Assembly: GCA_013265495.1 (NCBI GenBank)
Contig: MU058836.1
Span: 62,001-126,000, forward strand
Source of the DNA: Vicugna vicugna
Taxonomy: Eukaryota
Direction: 5' to 3'
DNA: 64,000 bases
Below are positions 48,234 to 62,250 of this stretch, piece after piece (position 1 is the stretch's first letter; every line of letters starts with the position of its first letter). Made by a program: the position numbers and the translations under genes. A model generated the notes under the pieces. That model saw nothing but the letters and a program-made list of their open reading frames with translations, was not told the origin of the DNA and ran no database searches.

Positions 48234-50559
48234 GAAAAATCTGCTCCAAGTTGCCAACACCACTGTCCAGTGAGTGACGTAAGTCAGTTCTCCTCTTTCA
48301 CACTTTTTTCTTTTTTTAAATGCAAAAGATATGTTCTTCGTGCTCGGGGACCATCCTGATTTCATGTAACCTGACTCTTTTCAATAAAGAAGGTGATTCA
48401 TTAAATGTGTAACTCAATGTGATTCCATTTTTATAACCTTGCTAGGCTTCTCAAGTAAAAATAGTCACAGCTCAGGAACAAAAAAAATCTTCCATCAGCT
48501 CAAGTATATAAATTCTTGGTTCATAAACCATCATCAGCTGTAGGAAGGCCAATGGAGAGACAGCTGAGGGCAGCAGAAAGAGTGGGGAGTTTGCTCTTTG
48601 GAGCCAAGGTTTACGTCTCTGCTCTGATATTTTCTAGCAAGGGTCTCCCAGCACCATCTGAAAGGAGTTTAAAAGGACCCCGACATGACCACTGAGGCAT
48701 CTCTCCTTACAGAACTGTACCACAAGGGAATTTCAAAACCTACAACTCAGCTCATTCTTCTAGAAACCAAATTGGGGTAGCTGGTGAAGGTGAACAGAGC
48801 CCAGAGCATCGAGGAGTAGAGACCAACACGTGCTGTGTAAGTTCCCACCCTCCCTCCCTCCCAGCCTAAGCTCACATCGGACATTATTCATCAAGCCAGG
48901 CATGCTCGACTCGAGTGTGAATGTGCCTCACAGTCCTCTGCCATCGTGCTCCAGGCAGCCACTGTCAGTTGATTGGAGAGAACATTTGAGGTTGAAAACC
49001 ATTTGTGGTCCTTGGCCTAGAGCTTAGTCTGAATGATGGAACCAGATGCACTGAACTTTATTGAAATAAGTGTCAGAAAAAGTAACAGGATGGACTCAGG
49101 AAAGATAATGGTCTACCGAAAAGCAGGGAAAGGTCAGGCTGGGTGTTAAGGATTGCTGGTAACGTAGCTGCAGTGTAGGAGGAAACAACTGATGAAGCGG
49201 GATGAGGAAAAGCCACAGGTACCAAGAAACCCCTGGAAAGTGCACGGACCAAGAGGCAGCGGGGTGGGGGTTGGAATTATGACCCAGTCCCAGGAACTTA
49301 CCTTTGACCCTTGCTGCCTAAAAGAGGAAGCGCTTGGACTCGCCCACTGGACACACACAATGTCCATGAGACCCAGGTGCTACTGGCTCTGCCAAACGAA
49401 GCAGCCCTGCTGCGCTGCCCGGAGGATACGTCAGGCCGGCTAGAAACTGGCAAAAGATTGCTGGTGCCACCAACGCGCACGGGCTTTGCAGCCACAAGTG
49501 AGTCTGATCTGATTTCTATCATGTACTCGTTTTGTGACCTTGGGCAAGTTATTTAACTCTGAGACTCAGTTTGCTTAATAGGTAATTGGGATTACAGTAT
49601 TCTCTCTTGCCCAGGGTAGTAAGCATCTGATACATAGCAAATGCTTAATAAACATTAGGCATCACTGTTATTTTTCGCACCGCACCTCTGCCCCTGGAGA
49701 AAGCAGAGTTGCAGGATCCAGGGAAAGGAATGATGAAAGTCTAAACGAGTATCACATAGGCTACTGGGAATGCACTTTATTGCAATCAGACGTTAAGCTG
49801 ATTTAATGCTCGTTTCAGCCACGGAGAGGGCTGATTTATTTGGGGTTTACTTCTTCCTCTAGCCCTTCAGCAGTCCCAACTGAAAATCCACATGGTTTGC
49901 AAGCCCCCGAACTCTGACTTCCCATCTCATTAGCCTGTTAGGCCGCGGGGAGTTCTGATCCGGCTTCTCACTCTCACAGCTGCCACCTGTGAGTAGGGAA
50001 GTCCCTCAAGAGGACAATTGTCACAGACTGTCTCTGTGTTCCTCTTTCCTTTAGGATCCCGGACCCTTAAGTCCTGATTTTGAAATACCTTTATCCAGGC
50101 TACTAGTTATTCTCAAGAGGAGACTTAATCCATAAAAGCTAGTCTGTCATAATCTAAAGTGCAGACAATCCCTTACTTACTGTGTATTTGAAAAAATAAC
50201 TAGAACATAAAAATGATGAAAGACAATTCCCTTTATTTGAAAAGGAAGCTATTTAAAGAAAAAAAGTGTAGAGTAAAAACATGGCTGATGACATAAGAAT
50301 AACTGATGTTTTCCGATCACTGCTTTACTACATAGTAGGTTTGCAATGTGTGCGTTCAGGTATTTATTACTTCTGCCCTGAGTATTACAAACTTCCTTAC
50401 TGGTCTCCCTGTCTTTTGTTTCTCACTCTATTTAAAAAGAACTTCGTACTTTAACCTGGAAGCTTTCTAAAACATAAAACTGGTCATATCCATCTTTTGA
50501 CTGAAACCCTTCAATGGATCTGATGTCAGTGACACTTCCTTCAGAGTAAGAGTGGCCTT

Positions 50560-51150
50560 AAAGAGTAAATGCTTATTTTTGCATAAACAAGAGATCCAAA
50601 GTGTGGAGCTCGGTGATTTTCATCAAGTGAGCACCAGTAAAAAGGTCAGGAGCCACAAGAGCTGAAGCCCCCCTCCACTCAGTAACTCCCTTTCACTAAC
50701 TGCTATCCTGGCTCCTACAACCTGGTTTTTCTTACTTTGCAACCTTTGAAATCACGCCATACATGTTCTTCCTCATGCAGCTTCTGTTGCTCAACATTAT
50801 GGTCATAAGATGTGTCCTATTGTTGCCTACAGTTGTAATGTCTTCATAATCATTCTCTGTATCGGTCCATTGTGGTAATAGTCCACAATGCATTCAACCG
50901 CTGTCAGTGATGGGAGTTTCCAGTTTGGAGCTATTACCAATAGTGCTGTTATGAACATTCTTGAACATATATATCTCTTATGGGGGTCATCTGTACTCAT
51001 TTGGTTTGTGTGTGCACTCAAGAATTGAAACGCTGGGTCACAGAATTTATGTGTTTTCCAAAGAGGCTCTACAATTTACAATCCCACCAGCCATCTATGA
51101 GAATTTTCAATTTCATCATGTCTTTGACAGTTTTTTTTTTTATTTTAGCT
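50560..51150 (-). mobile_element. L1ME-type 3' end
   Basis: tttccagtttggagctattaccaatagtgctgttatgaacattcttg; tttacaatcccaccagc. Confidence 0.7.
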
Positions 51151-52639
51151 CTTCTTGGGGGGGAGGGGGGCGGATACCATCAGCGCAGCGACTTTTAACA
51201 AACAGAATTTGATGTCTTCAGAAGAACAGGCCCTCTTCAGGTTTTAGTCAGTCGCCATCAATCCTGATCATCTTACGTGAGGCCACCTCACATATTTTAT
51301 GCCACCTGCCATATTGAGTTTGAAAACCCTGACATGCACACCTTCTCTCTCCAAATTCTAAAGGGACATGTATTATTATTCCCATTTTACTGAAGCAGAA
51401 ACTGAATAACTGGCTCAAGGTCACACAACAATAAAGTGACAAGAACATGTGCCATCAAAGACTGGACTTGTGCTTCTGTGATCTCTCCTGAGCATGATAA
51501 TTAGCTAGACGCAAGGCAGAGTGGTAGACAAGATGCACACTTTATTAGAAAACCTGCATTCTACTTCCTACTGGGTTCATTTCTAATTAGCTATGCAAGC
51601 TTAAATTAACATGCTCTTCTGAACCTCAGTTTACTTGCTTATAAAGTGGGATAATGATGTAACACCTTAAACGGGCATTTGGGGGATTAAACGAGACCAC
51701 GTGAAAGTGCCTGGCACAATTCCCTGCAAAACAGTAAATATTAAAGAAGTCAGTGGAAGACCGCGACCTGAGTATAGGTCCCATTGATATGACCAAAGGG
51801 TTTCTAAAAGCCAAGCAATGAAAGGAAAAACAGATGAGGGAAAATCAAGAAGGATCCACTCATCCTGTTTACAAGAAAACGTCACTCTCATCTACAATGT
51901 GTCCTCTTTCTACTTGACTGAACAGAGACAGAACCAACATGGAAGCAGTAAAAAAGAAGATGCAAAAATAAAAGAGGAAAACATATCACTCAAGTTTCAG
52001 GAGACAAGCTTATTTTTGGAAAAACTTTACTAAAGCAAACAGAGAAAAAAATTAGGGAGAACCTGCTTGGAATTTAAAATGTTGACTAACATAGCTTTTG
52101 CCAATATACTCATAAAGATAAACAAAAACAAAACTCCACACAGCCTTTTTAAAAAAGCTGAAACTAAGGAATAATGTAACAAGATACAAAACATACTGAA
52201 CCTGTAAGACCCAAGGAGATGGACTGAGGAAAAGACACAGGTTTAAGCGTATGGCATAGACCAGACTGCTTCTGGGGGGGAAAAAAAAGTCTAAAAATAG
52301 CAAGATACTTTGTGTCTTCTCATTTGGAAGGAGAGACTCAGGATCCTCAGCAAACAGGACATCTCCAGCAAACAGAAAATCTCTCTGTATGAAGAATCAG
52401 GCAGCACTGTATTCCTTCCTCTGTGTTCATTCACCTTCCAGTCTTGGCCATCTCTGTCCATCCGGGGAAGCAGGAATGTGTCAGGAACAGGGCAGGAATG
52501 GAGAGGTGGGAGGAGTGATTGCACTGCATGCTGGGAAATGCAATCTCTACAAGTAAAGCACTGAAGTCAGAGGTGGGAACGGAAGAGCCCAACAAGGCAG
52601 GTGGGAAGCATGGTCTAGGTATGAGGCAGGTAGACAAGG

Positions 52640-52885
52640 AGCTCAGTGTGGTGCTTAGGAGAGTGGATTCAGAAACTAGACTACCTGTGTTTGATTCTGC
52701 CACAAACCAATTGGGTGCCCTTGGGGAGGGGGGTGTCTCTCTGTGCCTTAATTCTTCCATCTATAAAATGGGGATAATAATAGTGCCTACCTACTTAGCA
52801 GAGTTATTGGGAAGATTAAAGGAGTACACATATGCAAGTGTTTAGGGAGGACTTGGCAGATGGTTACAACACTATTGTTGTTGCT
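52640..52885 (+). mobile_element. Near full-length MIR
   Basis: ctctctgtgccttaattcttccatctataaaatggggataataatagtgcctacc. Confidence 0.85.
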
Positions 52886-53395
52886 GTTCTGTCTAACTTT
52901 GCAAGGAGAAAGAAGGCTGAGGAAGGAAAAGATACAGCACTGCTAGAGCAGAGTGTACTGTGTGTGGACTTCTGGATTTCACACACTGATAAAATTGCAA
53001 ATAAAATTTTGGGAATCACATTGGGTTGCAATTTGTTTTATTTTATAAGTAAAGACATTAAAAAAATAAGAACAAAAGGAGATTAATTCCAAAAATGTGG
53101 AAAAAAATAACCTCAAATGAAGAATTGTCCCTTAAAATAAATGTATTCTCAATTCAATGGCTGTATTTTTATCCATTTACAGTAGGCTAGTGAACACTTC
53201 ATCTCAAGTGTGCAGTGGCCTAAAAGACTAGAGTTGGGGAACCACTGCAATAGGTGACAAACTGCTAATACCTGAGAAGTCGGTGGGGAATCATGCCCAT
53301 CGACTTGTGCACGAATGATGGATATGGGGAAGGACTGTACCCATCACACAAAGGCAGAGAGGGAACCAAAGGCAAGCCATCTACACACACAAACA

Positions 53396-53985
53396 CAATC
53401 ACCCTCATTATTTGCAGATCCTATATTTACAAATTCTCCCACTCACTAAAATTATTAGTAACTCCCCAAATCAGTACAATGCTTTTCATAGTCATTTGCG
53501 GATGAGTGGCAAAAAATTTGAGTCACCTGACTTGCATGTCCCCAGCTGAGGTCAAACAAGGTAACACTCTGCCTCCTTGCTTTAGTTCTCTAAATAAGTG
53601 TACTTTTTGCAGTATATTTAGTGTCACATTTTTACATCTTTTGTGCTTTTTGTTGGTGGTTTTACTGTTTGAAATTGCCTCCAAGTGTAGTGTTGAGGTG
53701 CTGTCTGGTATTCCTAAGCACAAGGGACGTTCAATGTTAATGAATCATATATATGAGATTCATTCATTCATTCTCATATATATATATGAGAAATGTGCGT
53801 GTCTTTAAACAGAAATACACCCAAAACAAGGTTATGTACGGATCAACTGATAAAAGTGTTGTGACCAGAGGCTCACAAGAACTGAATCCTGTATTTCCCC
53901 TAGGAACACTGACTCAGTATTTGCTAATTCAGTGTTTACAGTGATATTATAGAACCTAACTGCCATGAATAAAGAGAATTTACTG
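53396..53985 (+). mobile_element. MER82-like TcMar-Tigger element
   Basis: ccctcattatttgcagat start; cccagctgaggtcaaacaagg; gttgtgaccagaggctc; ends gaataaagagaatttactg. Confidence 0.85.
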
Positions 53986-54295
53986 TGTTCATGTGTATGT
54001 ATCTACACACAGAGATATACAGTGCACAGATTATATAGAGATATACATATACATCTATAGATTTATACAGACACATCACAGTAATACTGAGACAGTAATT
54101 GAAGGCTAAATCAAGGAAATGAAATAGAAAAATCCAGAAACAAACCTGACCATAATCTAGTGTAGTACAGTATATTAGTGTAGTATTTTGTAGTTTACTA
54201 GTATTTTATTTTTATTATTTAGCATTATTAATTTACTTTATTGTAATATAGTGCAATATAATATGGAAGCACAGGAAAGCATATGAGAATAATAT

Positions 54296-54501
54296 TTTTG
54301 TTTTTGTTTGTACTAAAGTATAGTCAGTTGACAATGTTATATCAATTTCTGGTGTACAGCATAATGTTTCAGTCATACATGTACATATATATGTTCCTTT
54401 TCATATTCTTCATTATTACAGGTTACAAGATACTGAATTTAGTTCCCTGTGCTATATAGTATAAACTTGCTGTTTAATTTATATATAGTAGTATCTTCTT
54501 G
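54296..54501 (-). mobile_element. Short, relatively young L1 3' tail
   Basis: aagtatagtcagttgacaatg...tttctggtgtacagcata; perfect 14-bp TSD tatgagaataatat at 54282 and 54502. Confidence 0.9.
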
Positions 54502-55049
54502 TATGAGAATAATATATATGACATATATGGTGACTCAAATTGATCAATGGTAAATAAACTAAATTAACTAAATAATTGGGAAGACATTTAAGTTTCATTA
54601 TATTTTTAAATAATAGAAGCTTGAGGATGTTTATCTGTATTGTCTGACTTTCACAATAAACACAGAGTGTTTGTATAGTAAATAATAGAAACCAATTGTT
54701 AAAAATCACAGCCGAATTGGAATAGTAATAATCTGGGTCCAAAATTCTAGACTATATTAACTAAGTTGAGAAAAAAATGGTGGGGGGCAGGGGAGGGAGA
54801 AGAAATTAAAATTGGTAAATTTCCACTCTGTCAGATAAGAAAATTAGCCCAACAGAATTTTAACTTTGACTTTGAAAATTAGATAATATAGGTTCAGGCA
54901 TGAGAAGTAATTCTTAAAAATGGACACAGATGTTCTCAAGTGTTTCCACGTAAGCATCCCCAACATCAGAGAAAAGTGAACCTACACCCCAGGGATCTGT
55001 GGATGTAACACAAAATGGCCCAGTCTCAGACAGAAATCTCCGATCTGTC

Positions 55050-58000
55050 ATGTGAATTTTGTGCTAAACCTCAAAATTATAGGAGAAAAATCAAAGGTAT
55101 TTTACATATATGAATAATACAGGAAACTAAATTATTAAAGTATAAAATGTAAGTCAAAATAACTGAAGACAAAACGGAAACAATTAGAATCTAACTGTAA
55201 GTGGGATAATTCCTTTAGCAAGAGAAAACTCTTCAATGTGGGCAAGAAAACCAGTCCCAACGAAAACCCCTAGATGTGCATAAAGAAAAGCACTTTTGAT
55301 AGATTAAAATTTAGAGGAAAGTCAATTTACTATCGGACAAATACAAGAGAAAAAAAAAACAAACCTAGGGAGAGAATGTTAAAATAAAGTAGAAATCAAA
55401 GCTTGAATCTTTAAAAAAGATGAAAAAAATGTTTACATTGACATAGAACATAAGCCATGATAAAGATATAGAAACTATGAATCCTATGAGTTTATTAATA
55501 AAATATTAAAATATATTAAGCAGTAATTAGCAATATAACATAAAATAGCAAAAGAAATGTATGAATTAATAGAAAAATTTAAATGGGATATCGAATATCT
55601 AATTTATGGGATTAAAGTCTTCCTTATAATCACATATTGAAATCAAAGTCTACAAATAGAATACATTCTTCTCACAGGTTTCTGAAACAGTTACGAGTGT
55701 TAATTATAATCCTCCAAGAAGAAATTAATAAGCTGTAGAGATTTTACAGGTCAATTCATTCTTAAAAGTACAATAAAATGAAATCAGAATCAGGAATTAT
55801 CATGAAAACCCAATCAGCTGGAAAAGTAAAAATTCCCTTGTAAATAATTTTCAATTTTTAAAAATACCCCAAATAAAAGTGTTACATATAAAAGATCACA
55901 GGATTGAAAGTTATACCAAGAAGATAAGTTATGACTTTTCATGCTTTTAGCATTGTACAAGAAGAATGGAAACAAACTATTTATCTCAAGAAACTAGAAA
56001 AAAAAAAGCCCGTATGTCAATAGAGAAATCTCAGTGAAAATAAGAAAATTATTTAGGACCATATGATACTGAAAACATTACACAGCAGAACCTACTGGCT
56101 ATGGTGTAAGCTGTTTTTGCAAGGAAATGCAGTAATGCACTAAATTCGTCAAACAGAAAAGAAGACTGAAAACAGTCATTTAAGTACCCATCAAGAATTT
56201 AGATAAAGATGAGAAAACCAAAAGAGAGATGAAACTATTTTAAAGAATGAAAATTTTGAAAGAAAAAATAAGCAAGCAATAGAAAATCAGCAAAAGAGAA
56301 ATGCTGATTATCTGGGGAAAAATTACTAATATTTACAAAGTCCTGACAAGACTATTGAAGTAAAACAAGAAGAAAAATATTACCAAAATTGGGAATTCAA
56401 AAAGGCCGTAAGTACACTCTGTGAACCTTAAAAGATAATAAAAGATTATTATGAAAGAACTGGTCAATAAATTGGATAAAACTGACCAAAAAACTTACAA
56501 ACATCTAGAAGAACACAACTCAATCAAAACTGGTCCAAGAAGACTTTCTTCTAAGTGAATAACCTATAGATTTTTATAAAAACTGAACGTGTATAAAAAG
56601 TCCTTCCTATAGGAAATTCTCCAGACCTAAGTGACTGTGTATTTTTATGAGTATTTAAGGAATAACACAGTCTTTTTTTTAAATTCAGACTAGAAAAAAG
56701 GAAATACTTTCAAGTCATTATGAGTCTAGCATAATTCTGACATACAATCTGACAAAAACATTATAAGGAAGTAAAATTACAGGCCAATTTTTCTTATGAT
56801 GATATATGCAGAAAATAAATTAACTATTAGCAAATTTATATAAAGAGAATAATTCATCATGATCAAATTAGGTTTGTTTCAGGAATAGAAGTTTGGGGTA
56901 ACTTTCAAACACTAATCTGTACAATTCACTCCCAGGAGAATAACCATATGATTATCTCAATATAATGCAGAAGAAACATTGCTAAAATTCAAAACCTGCT
57001 CATGAGTTTTAAAATAAAAACAAAAACAAACTAGTTTTTAGCAAAATCCCAACAAATCCCAACAAATCTTCTTGAGAAAGTTGACAAAAATCCACGTAAA
57101 ATTTTCTTTGGAAATGCAAATAGTTTGGAAGAGCAAAAATAATCTTGAAGAAGAAAAACTTTGAGGGATTTATTCTACTAGGTATCAGACTTCTTTACAG
57201 AGCTGGACTAAAACAATATACTATTGGTATTAAGGCCAGAAAGACAGATGAACAGAATAGAGTAAAAAGTCAAGAAATAATACCACACATGTACAATCTC
57301 CTGATTTATGAGAAATGCCACAGTCAAGGGCAAGTATGGCCTTCTCAGAAAATGGTGGTGGGTCAACTGGACATTCATAAGGGTTAATGAAGCATGCCTT
57401 CTACCTCATATCGTGCATAAAATTAATTCTACACAGATCATGGGCTTAATATGAAAGTTAAAAACAATAAAACTTTTTCGACAATAAGGTAGAGTATTCT
57501 CATGGGATAGGTGAAGATTTTTTTTAAACTGGACGCAAATAGCATTAACCATAAAAGAAAAGACTGATAAATTGGACTCTATCCAATTTATAACTTTTGC
57601 TCATGAAAAGGTAAGTTTCACAATGGTAAAAGATATTTGCAATCAACCTTTATAAGGTATATGAAATATATGATAGATATGTAATTCATATATCATATAC
57701 CTATGATAAGAGACATATCCAGAATAAAGAATTTTTACTAAACAATAAGAAAAAGACAAAACAAAACAAAACAAAAACCAAAAACCAGGCAAAAAGACGA
57801 TCGGGAACTTCTCAAAAAGATTTCAAGTGGTTTCCTAACCCTGGATATATGTTCTCTGTGACCAGCAATGCCACTCTGAGATGTATACCCAACAAAGGGA
57901 GAAAAACTTGGGTGGACTTACCCTACCAGATACAAATGAGTCAGGATGTGACACACACGTAGGAACAAAAGACAAGAACGAGTGGCAACACTGTCATAAT

Positions 58001-58340
58001 ATCCCAAATGCCCATCAATCATAAGACCAAGTACCAATTTGTGGTATATTCATACAATAGAATAGCAGGAAACTCAAAGTACAACGATATAGCCCATCAA
58101 TACAGGAATCAATTTCACAGGATGTAAGGGAAAAAATGCCCAAGATGGAAAAAAAATATGATTCTCTTTATAGAGAGCTCAAAAAGAGGCTCAACTAGTC
58201 ATTATCACCTTTGGTAGGAGAGGCGGAGAGAGGCTTCTAGGCTGCTGGATGGTCCGTGGCATGATCTGGATGGTGGGAACCTGGGCATGCTAACACTCTA
58301 AGGTTACATCTCTTGCGCACTTTTCTTTGGGTATGTTATT
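55050..58340 (+). mobile_element. Long ancient L1ME-type relic (ORF2 to 3'UTR, internally deleted)
   Basis: A-rich; aaaattacaggccaat, catgatcaaattaggtttg, gcaaaaataatcttgaagaagaa, tgtggtatattcatacaatagaata in L1 order. Confidence 0.75.
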
Positions 58341-58794
58341 CTTGGATAAACACATAGGTATGTTAAAATGTTCACAGTATTCATTACTGAGTTGTAGTAT
58401 CACAAGTGATATTTAATTGTCTTTTATACTTTCATGTACTTTTCAAATACATAACACTTAAGCTTTGGGGAGTGATTTGCATTTCCCGATCACTGTGATG
58501 AGCCTTCTCTTCATTTGCACCGTCCCTCCCCTAGACCATGCCTTCCAACTTGCCTCAGCTGTGTCAGCGATCTGCTCACCAGTCTTCTTGCCTCTAATTT
58601 CATAAATAAGAGGTGAGCCGATCTACCAAATACTGGTCAGTTTTGTGAACCCCAGGAGAATCCCTTAACTTTTGAGCAGTTGTTCTTGGTGGCTTTTTAG
58701 ATTCCTGGTTCTCTCTTTTTTTTTTCTAAACCACAGCACTTATGAGAAATGATACTCCTGTGAGCCACTCACTTCCATGGAAATGAGACCATCA

Positions 58795-59500
58795 TACGGA
58801 GTGACAGAAGTCAGACACAAAAGTTCACGCACTGCATGGTTTCATTTATATGAAATATCCAGAATAGGTTAAATTTTTAGAGACAGATGCAGATTTTTGG
58901 TTGGCAGCGCCTGAGGGTGGGAGGTAGAGAGAGGTGTTATGGGCTAAACTGTGGACCGCCCCCCACCAAATTTCATACATTGAAGTCCTAACCTCCAGTC
59001 CTGCAGAATATAACCCTATTTGGAAAGAGGGTCTAGAAAGAGATAAAGCTAAAACGAGGTTATGAAGGTGGGCGCTAATCCAGTATGACTGATGTCCTTA
59101 TAGAAGAGGAAATTTGGCCACAGATACGTACAGAGGAAGACCACGTGAAGACACAGGGAGAAGACAGTCACCTAAGAGCTAAGGAGAGAGACCTGGAGAA
59201 GACTCTGCCCTCACAGCCCTCAGCAGGAACCAGTCCCGCTGACATCTTGACCTCAGATCTCTAACCTCCAGAACTGGGAGAAAGTCAATTTCTGCTGTTG
59301 AAGTCACCCAGACTCTGTCACTTTGTGATGGCACCCAGCCCTGGGGAACTCACGCGAGGGTTTTCTTCTGGAGTGATTTACATGTTTCAACTAGATACAG
59401 GTGGTGCTTGCACATCATTGTGATTGTCCTCTCAACCACCGAACTGTTCACTTTAAAATGGTTCATTTTATATTATGTGAATTTCATCTCCACAAATTAA
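58795..59500 (+). mobile_element. L1MB-type 3'UTR split by MLT1B
   Basis: catttatatgaaatatccagaatagg ... cactttaaaatggttcattttatattatgtgaatttcatctc. Confidence 0.8.
58935..59355 (+). mobile_element. MLT1B-like solo LTR
   Basis: tgttatgggctaaactgtg...ttgaagtcctaacc...ccacgtgaagacacagggagaagac...cctccagaactg. Confidence 0.85.
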
Positions 59501-61413
59501 GAAAAAAACCCACAAAAATCAGGTCCCCTGGATCCCCTACAATACACCAGTCAGCCAGGCAGATTTTTTTCTTCTCCAATAAAATCAAAAGACTGGAGAT
59601 TTATTCTCCCAAGAAGGTAGAACAGAGAAACTGGGGGAAAAGAAAATCAGGAATTGTGTGACCATTTGTTAAACTGAGCCACTATTAATAATTAAATTCT
59701 ATGAGAATGAAATAAATGACATTAAGAACAAAGACAGTAAGTAGCCAAAAGTCCTGACTTCCTGATGACTATCTTTTACCCTTTAGCTCTGCTTTTGAGG
59801 TGGTTTGTATCTCTTATGTATCGATGGTGAGAACACTACATAATGATGTGCTACTGCACGTCTTTTTTCAACTTCACCATCAATGAGATCCTGTTGGTAC
59901 CTTAAACATTTTCTGCAGCGGGAGGTTTTATACCCTGGAAGAGGGTTTTCCTTTTCTTTCTTCCTCTCTCTCCTCCTCCTTCCCACCCCCCCCCATTTCC
60001 TTCCTTCTTTCCACCTTTAGCAAGTTGGTTCTTCACCCTCCCCTAGCACACAGATGCTAACAAATGCAAAGGATCACAGAGGTTAAATCTCAATCTAGAC
60101 ACACAAGAACTGCCAGCCAAATCGGCCTTTGGAAACGTTTTGCCATGTCTCTTCACTATATCCTATGGCTCACTATGGCACTGTCACCCCTGGAAACCAC
60201 CTGACATCAGCCAAGAAGAGCCAGGGCCCTAGAGACAGTCCTGCTCCTTCAATACTTCAGCCGAGCCCCTGGGAGAAGCAGCCCCCATAGCCATGAGGTT
60301 GACAGCGGAGGAGACTCCCCGTAGCCAGAAGTGATCCTTGCCCCTGCTCCGCGCCCCTGCAGCTCCTGCCTGCCACGCTGGCAGCATCCTCTTGGCTGCC
60401 ACTAGCTGGCTCGGCTCTCAGCTTCCTGTGTGTCAGAGCAGGAGCAACAGGCACAGAGCCACTGTCAATGTTTGCTGGAGATGGAGCAACCTGGCTGAGT
60501 TGCAGCTGCAGCCCTGTTCATTGCCAGAGGCTCTCAGAGGCTCCAAGTCCGTGGGTTCCTTGGTGACATGGGAAGAGCCCATGAAAGGGCTTCCCAACGT
60601 AAGCCTGACTCTGCCAGCCAAGCAAGGAGCATGCACCTGTGCTCCTTACCCGGGAGGCTGAACACACAGGTCAAAGAGGAGTCTGCATCGAAGTCACAAT
60701 TGTTATTCCTTGCCGGGAGCCCCAGACCTCTATTCCTGGGATAACTTACCTCTTTCCCTCTGAGCAGGAGTGGCACGCCAAAGCCACCACAGCCTCTTCC
60801 CACAGACATCCTCACTGCCAACCACCACTGCCAGCCAGTGCCATGTGCTGACAGCACCCCCTTAATCTTCTCCTCCGCCCCCAAAGGTAAATGTTACTAT
60901 CCTTGTTTGGCAGACGAGGAGAGCAAGGCTGAGGAAATGACTTGGACAAGTTCTGAATCAGAGTTCGCGATAGAGTCTGGATTCAAATGCGAGTTCCTTG
61001 GGCTCCCAGTACGGTGCTCTTCCTGCTGCCTGCACAGTCCTGTTCACGCCCTCCCCTCTGGATGCGTGCAGGGCCTTCCAACTTAAATGTCTGATGCTTA
61101 CGTGCCACCTCCATCTCCTCTCCTCTGCCCGAAGCCATCCTACACACGACTGTCAGGTTCATCTGTCCTTAGCTATAGCTCTGGACACAGACGCAGGCGA
61201 AGACGGAGGGAGACGCGGACGGAGCTGCGGCCACAGGTGTAAGAGGCGGCTCAGACCGGCATAGATACAGCTCAGCAGGAGAGTCATGAGGCCGGGAAAC
61301 GTGCCCGATTTATTCTGTGTCCTTAGATCCTATCACAGTACCCGAGCAAAGGCTCAGAAAATACTGTGGAATTAAACTGAATGGGCTTTCATTTCCCCAT
61401 CAAAAGTTTAAGT

Positions 61414-61525
61414 GGGGAGGACATAGCTCAGTGGTAGAGTGCGTGCTTAGTATACACAAGGTCCTGGGTTCAATCCCCAGTACCTCCATTCAAAAAATAA
61501 ACCTAATTGCCTCCCCCTCCCCCCA
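61414..61525 (+). mobile_element. tRNA-derived SINE, camelid Vic-1-like
   Basis: ggggaggacatagctcagtggtagag (A box) ... ggttcaatcccc (B box); TSD aaaagtttaa (61402) / aaaagcttaa (61526). Confidence 0.9.
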
Positions 61526-61619
61526 AAAAGCTTAATTTTTTTTAAACATTTGGTGACTCTTAGCATATGAGAGAGTTAGGTTCTGAGCCCTCACATCAAC
61601 AGTGGGTATGCGCCACCAT

Positions 61620-62250
61620 CCAACTGCACTTGACCCTTCCAGTCTTAACTACCCCCAGCCTATATTCCAGGCATACTTGAGTTTCCATGTTCCCTAACCT
61701 CCCCTCCTTGGCATTTCCTACCTCAAGGCCATTGTTCGTGCCATTCCCTCCAACTAAAATGCTCTCGGTAGCCCCTTCCATGTCTTCTGAAATGTCATGG
61801 CCTATTTGAAATACCACTTCCTCCTTGAAGTGTCTCTTTTATTTCCTGCAAGAAATGTTATGTTTCTCTCCTTGGAACCCTTAGAGCTGTACACCTTTCT
61901 ATGGCCTAATCTTCCTCTGAAGTAATAATTCCCTCTGCCTGAAATGCCCCTTCACCTTTTTCTTTCTCATGTTCATGGTCCAGTCTAATGACGTCTCCCC
62001 TGTGAGGCCTTCCCAGCTCTCTCAGGCTGAGTTAATCACTCCTTTCCCAATGCTTCTGGAGTACCTGAACATCCTTCATTAAAACACTGGCTATTGGTGT
62101 TATTAACCACCCTCCCCACAACTGTCAAGTCCCTTGAAGGTACAGATATCTCTTAGAGCTTTCTTTCTGTCTCCTACACACCAGTCACCTAGCAGCTACT
62201 TGGTAACTGTTGAATGAACAGGCAAAAGATGATTGTTGAATGAATCACTG
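61620..62250 (+). mobile_element. L2 3' fragments (two adjacent pieces)
   Basis: attccctctgcctgaaatgcc; tail ctgttgaatgaa. Confidence 0.7.

Noticed and set aside
50028..50165. Strong-looking splice acceptor at ~50054
   Set aside because: Lies in an old reverse L1ME-type 5' fragment resembling ~3010-3170; no matching donor nearby
59785..59905. Short hydrophobic frame SAFEVVCISYVSMVRTLHNDVLLHVFFNFTINEILLVP
   Set aside because: Under 40 codons, weak splice support and no recognisable homology
61414..61490. tRNA gene
   Set aside because: The tRNA-like head is followed by a SINE tail and TSD, and a diverged second copy lies at 15412; it is a SINE
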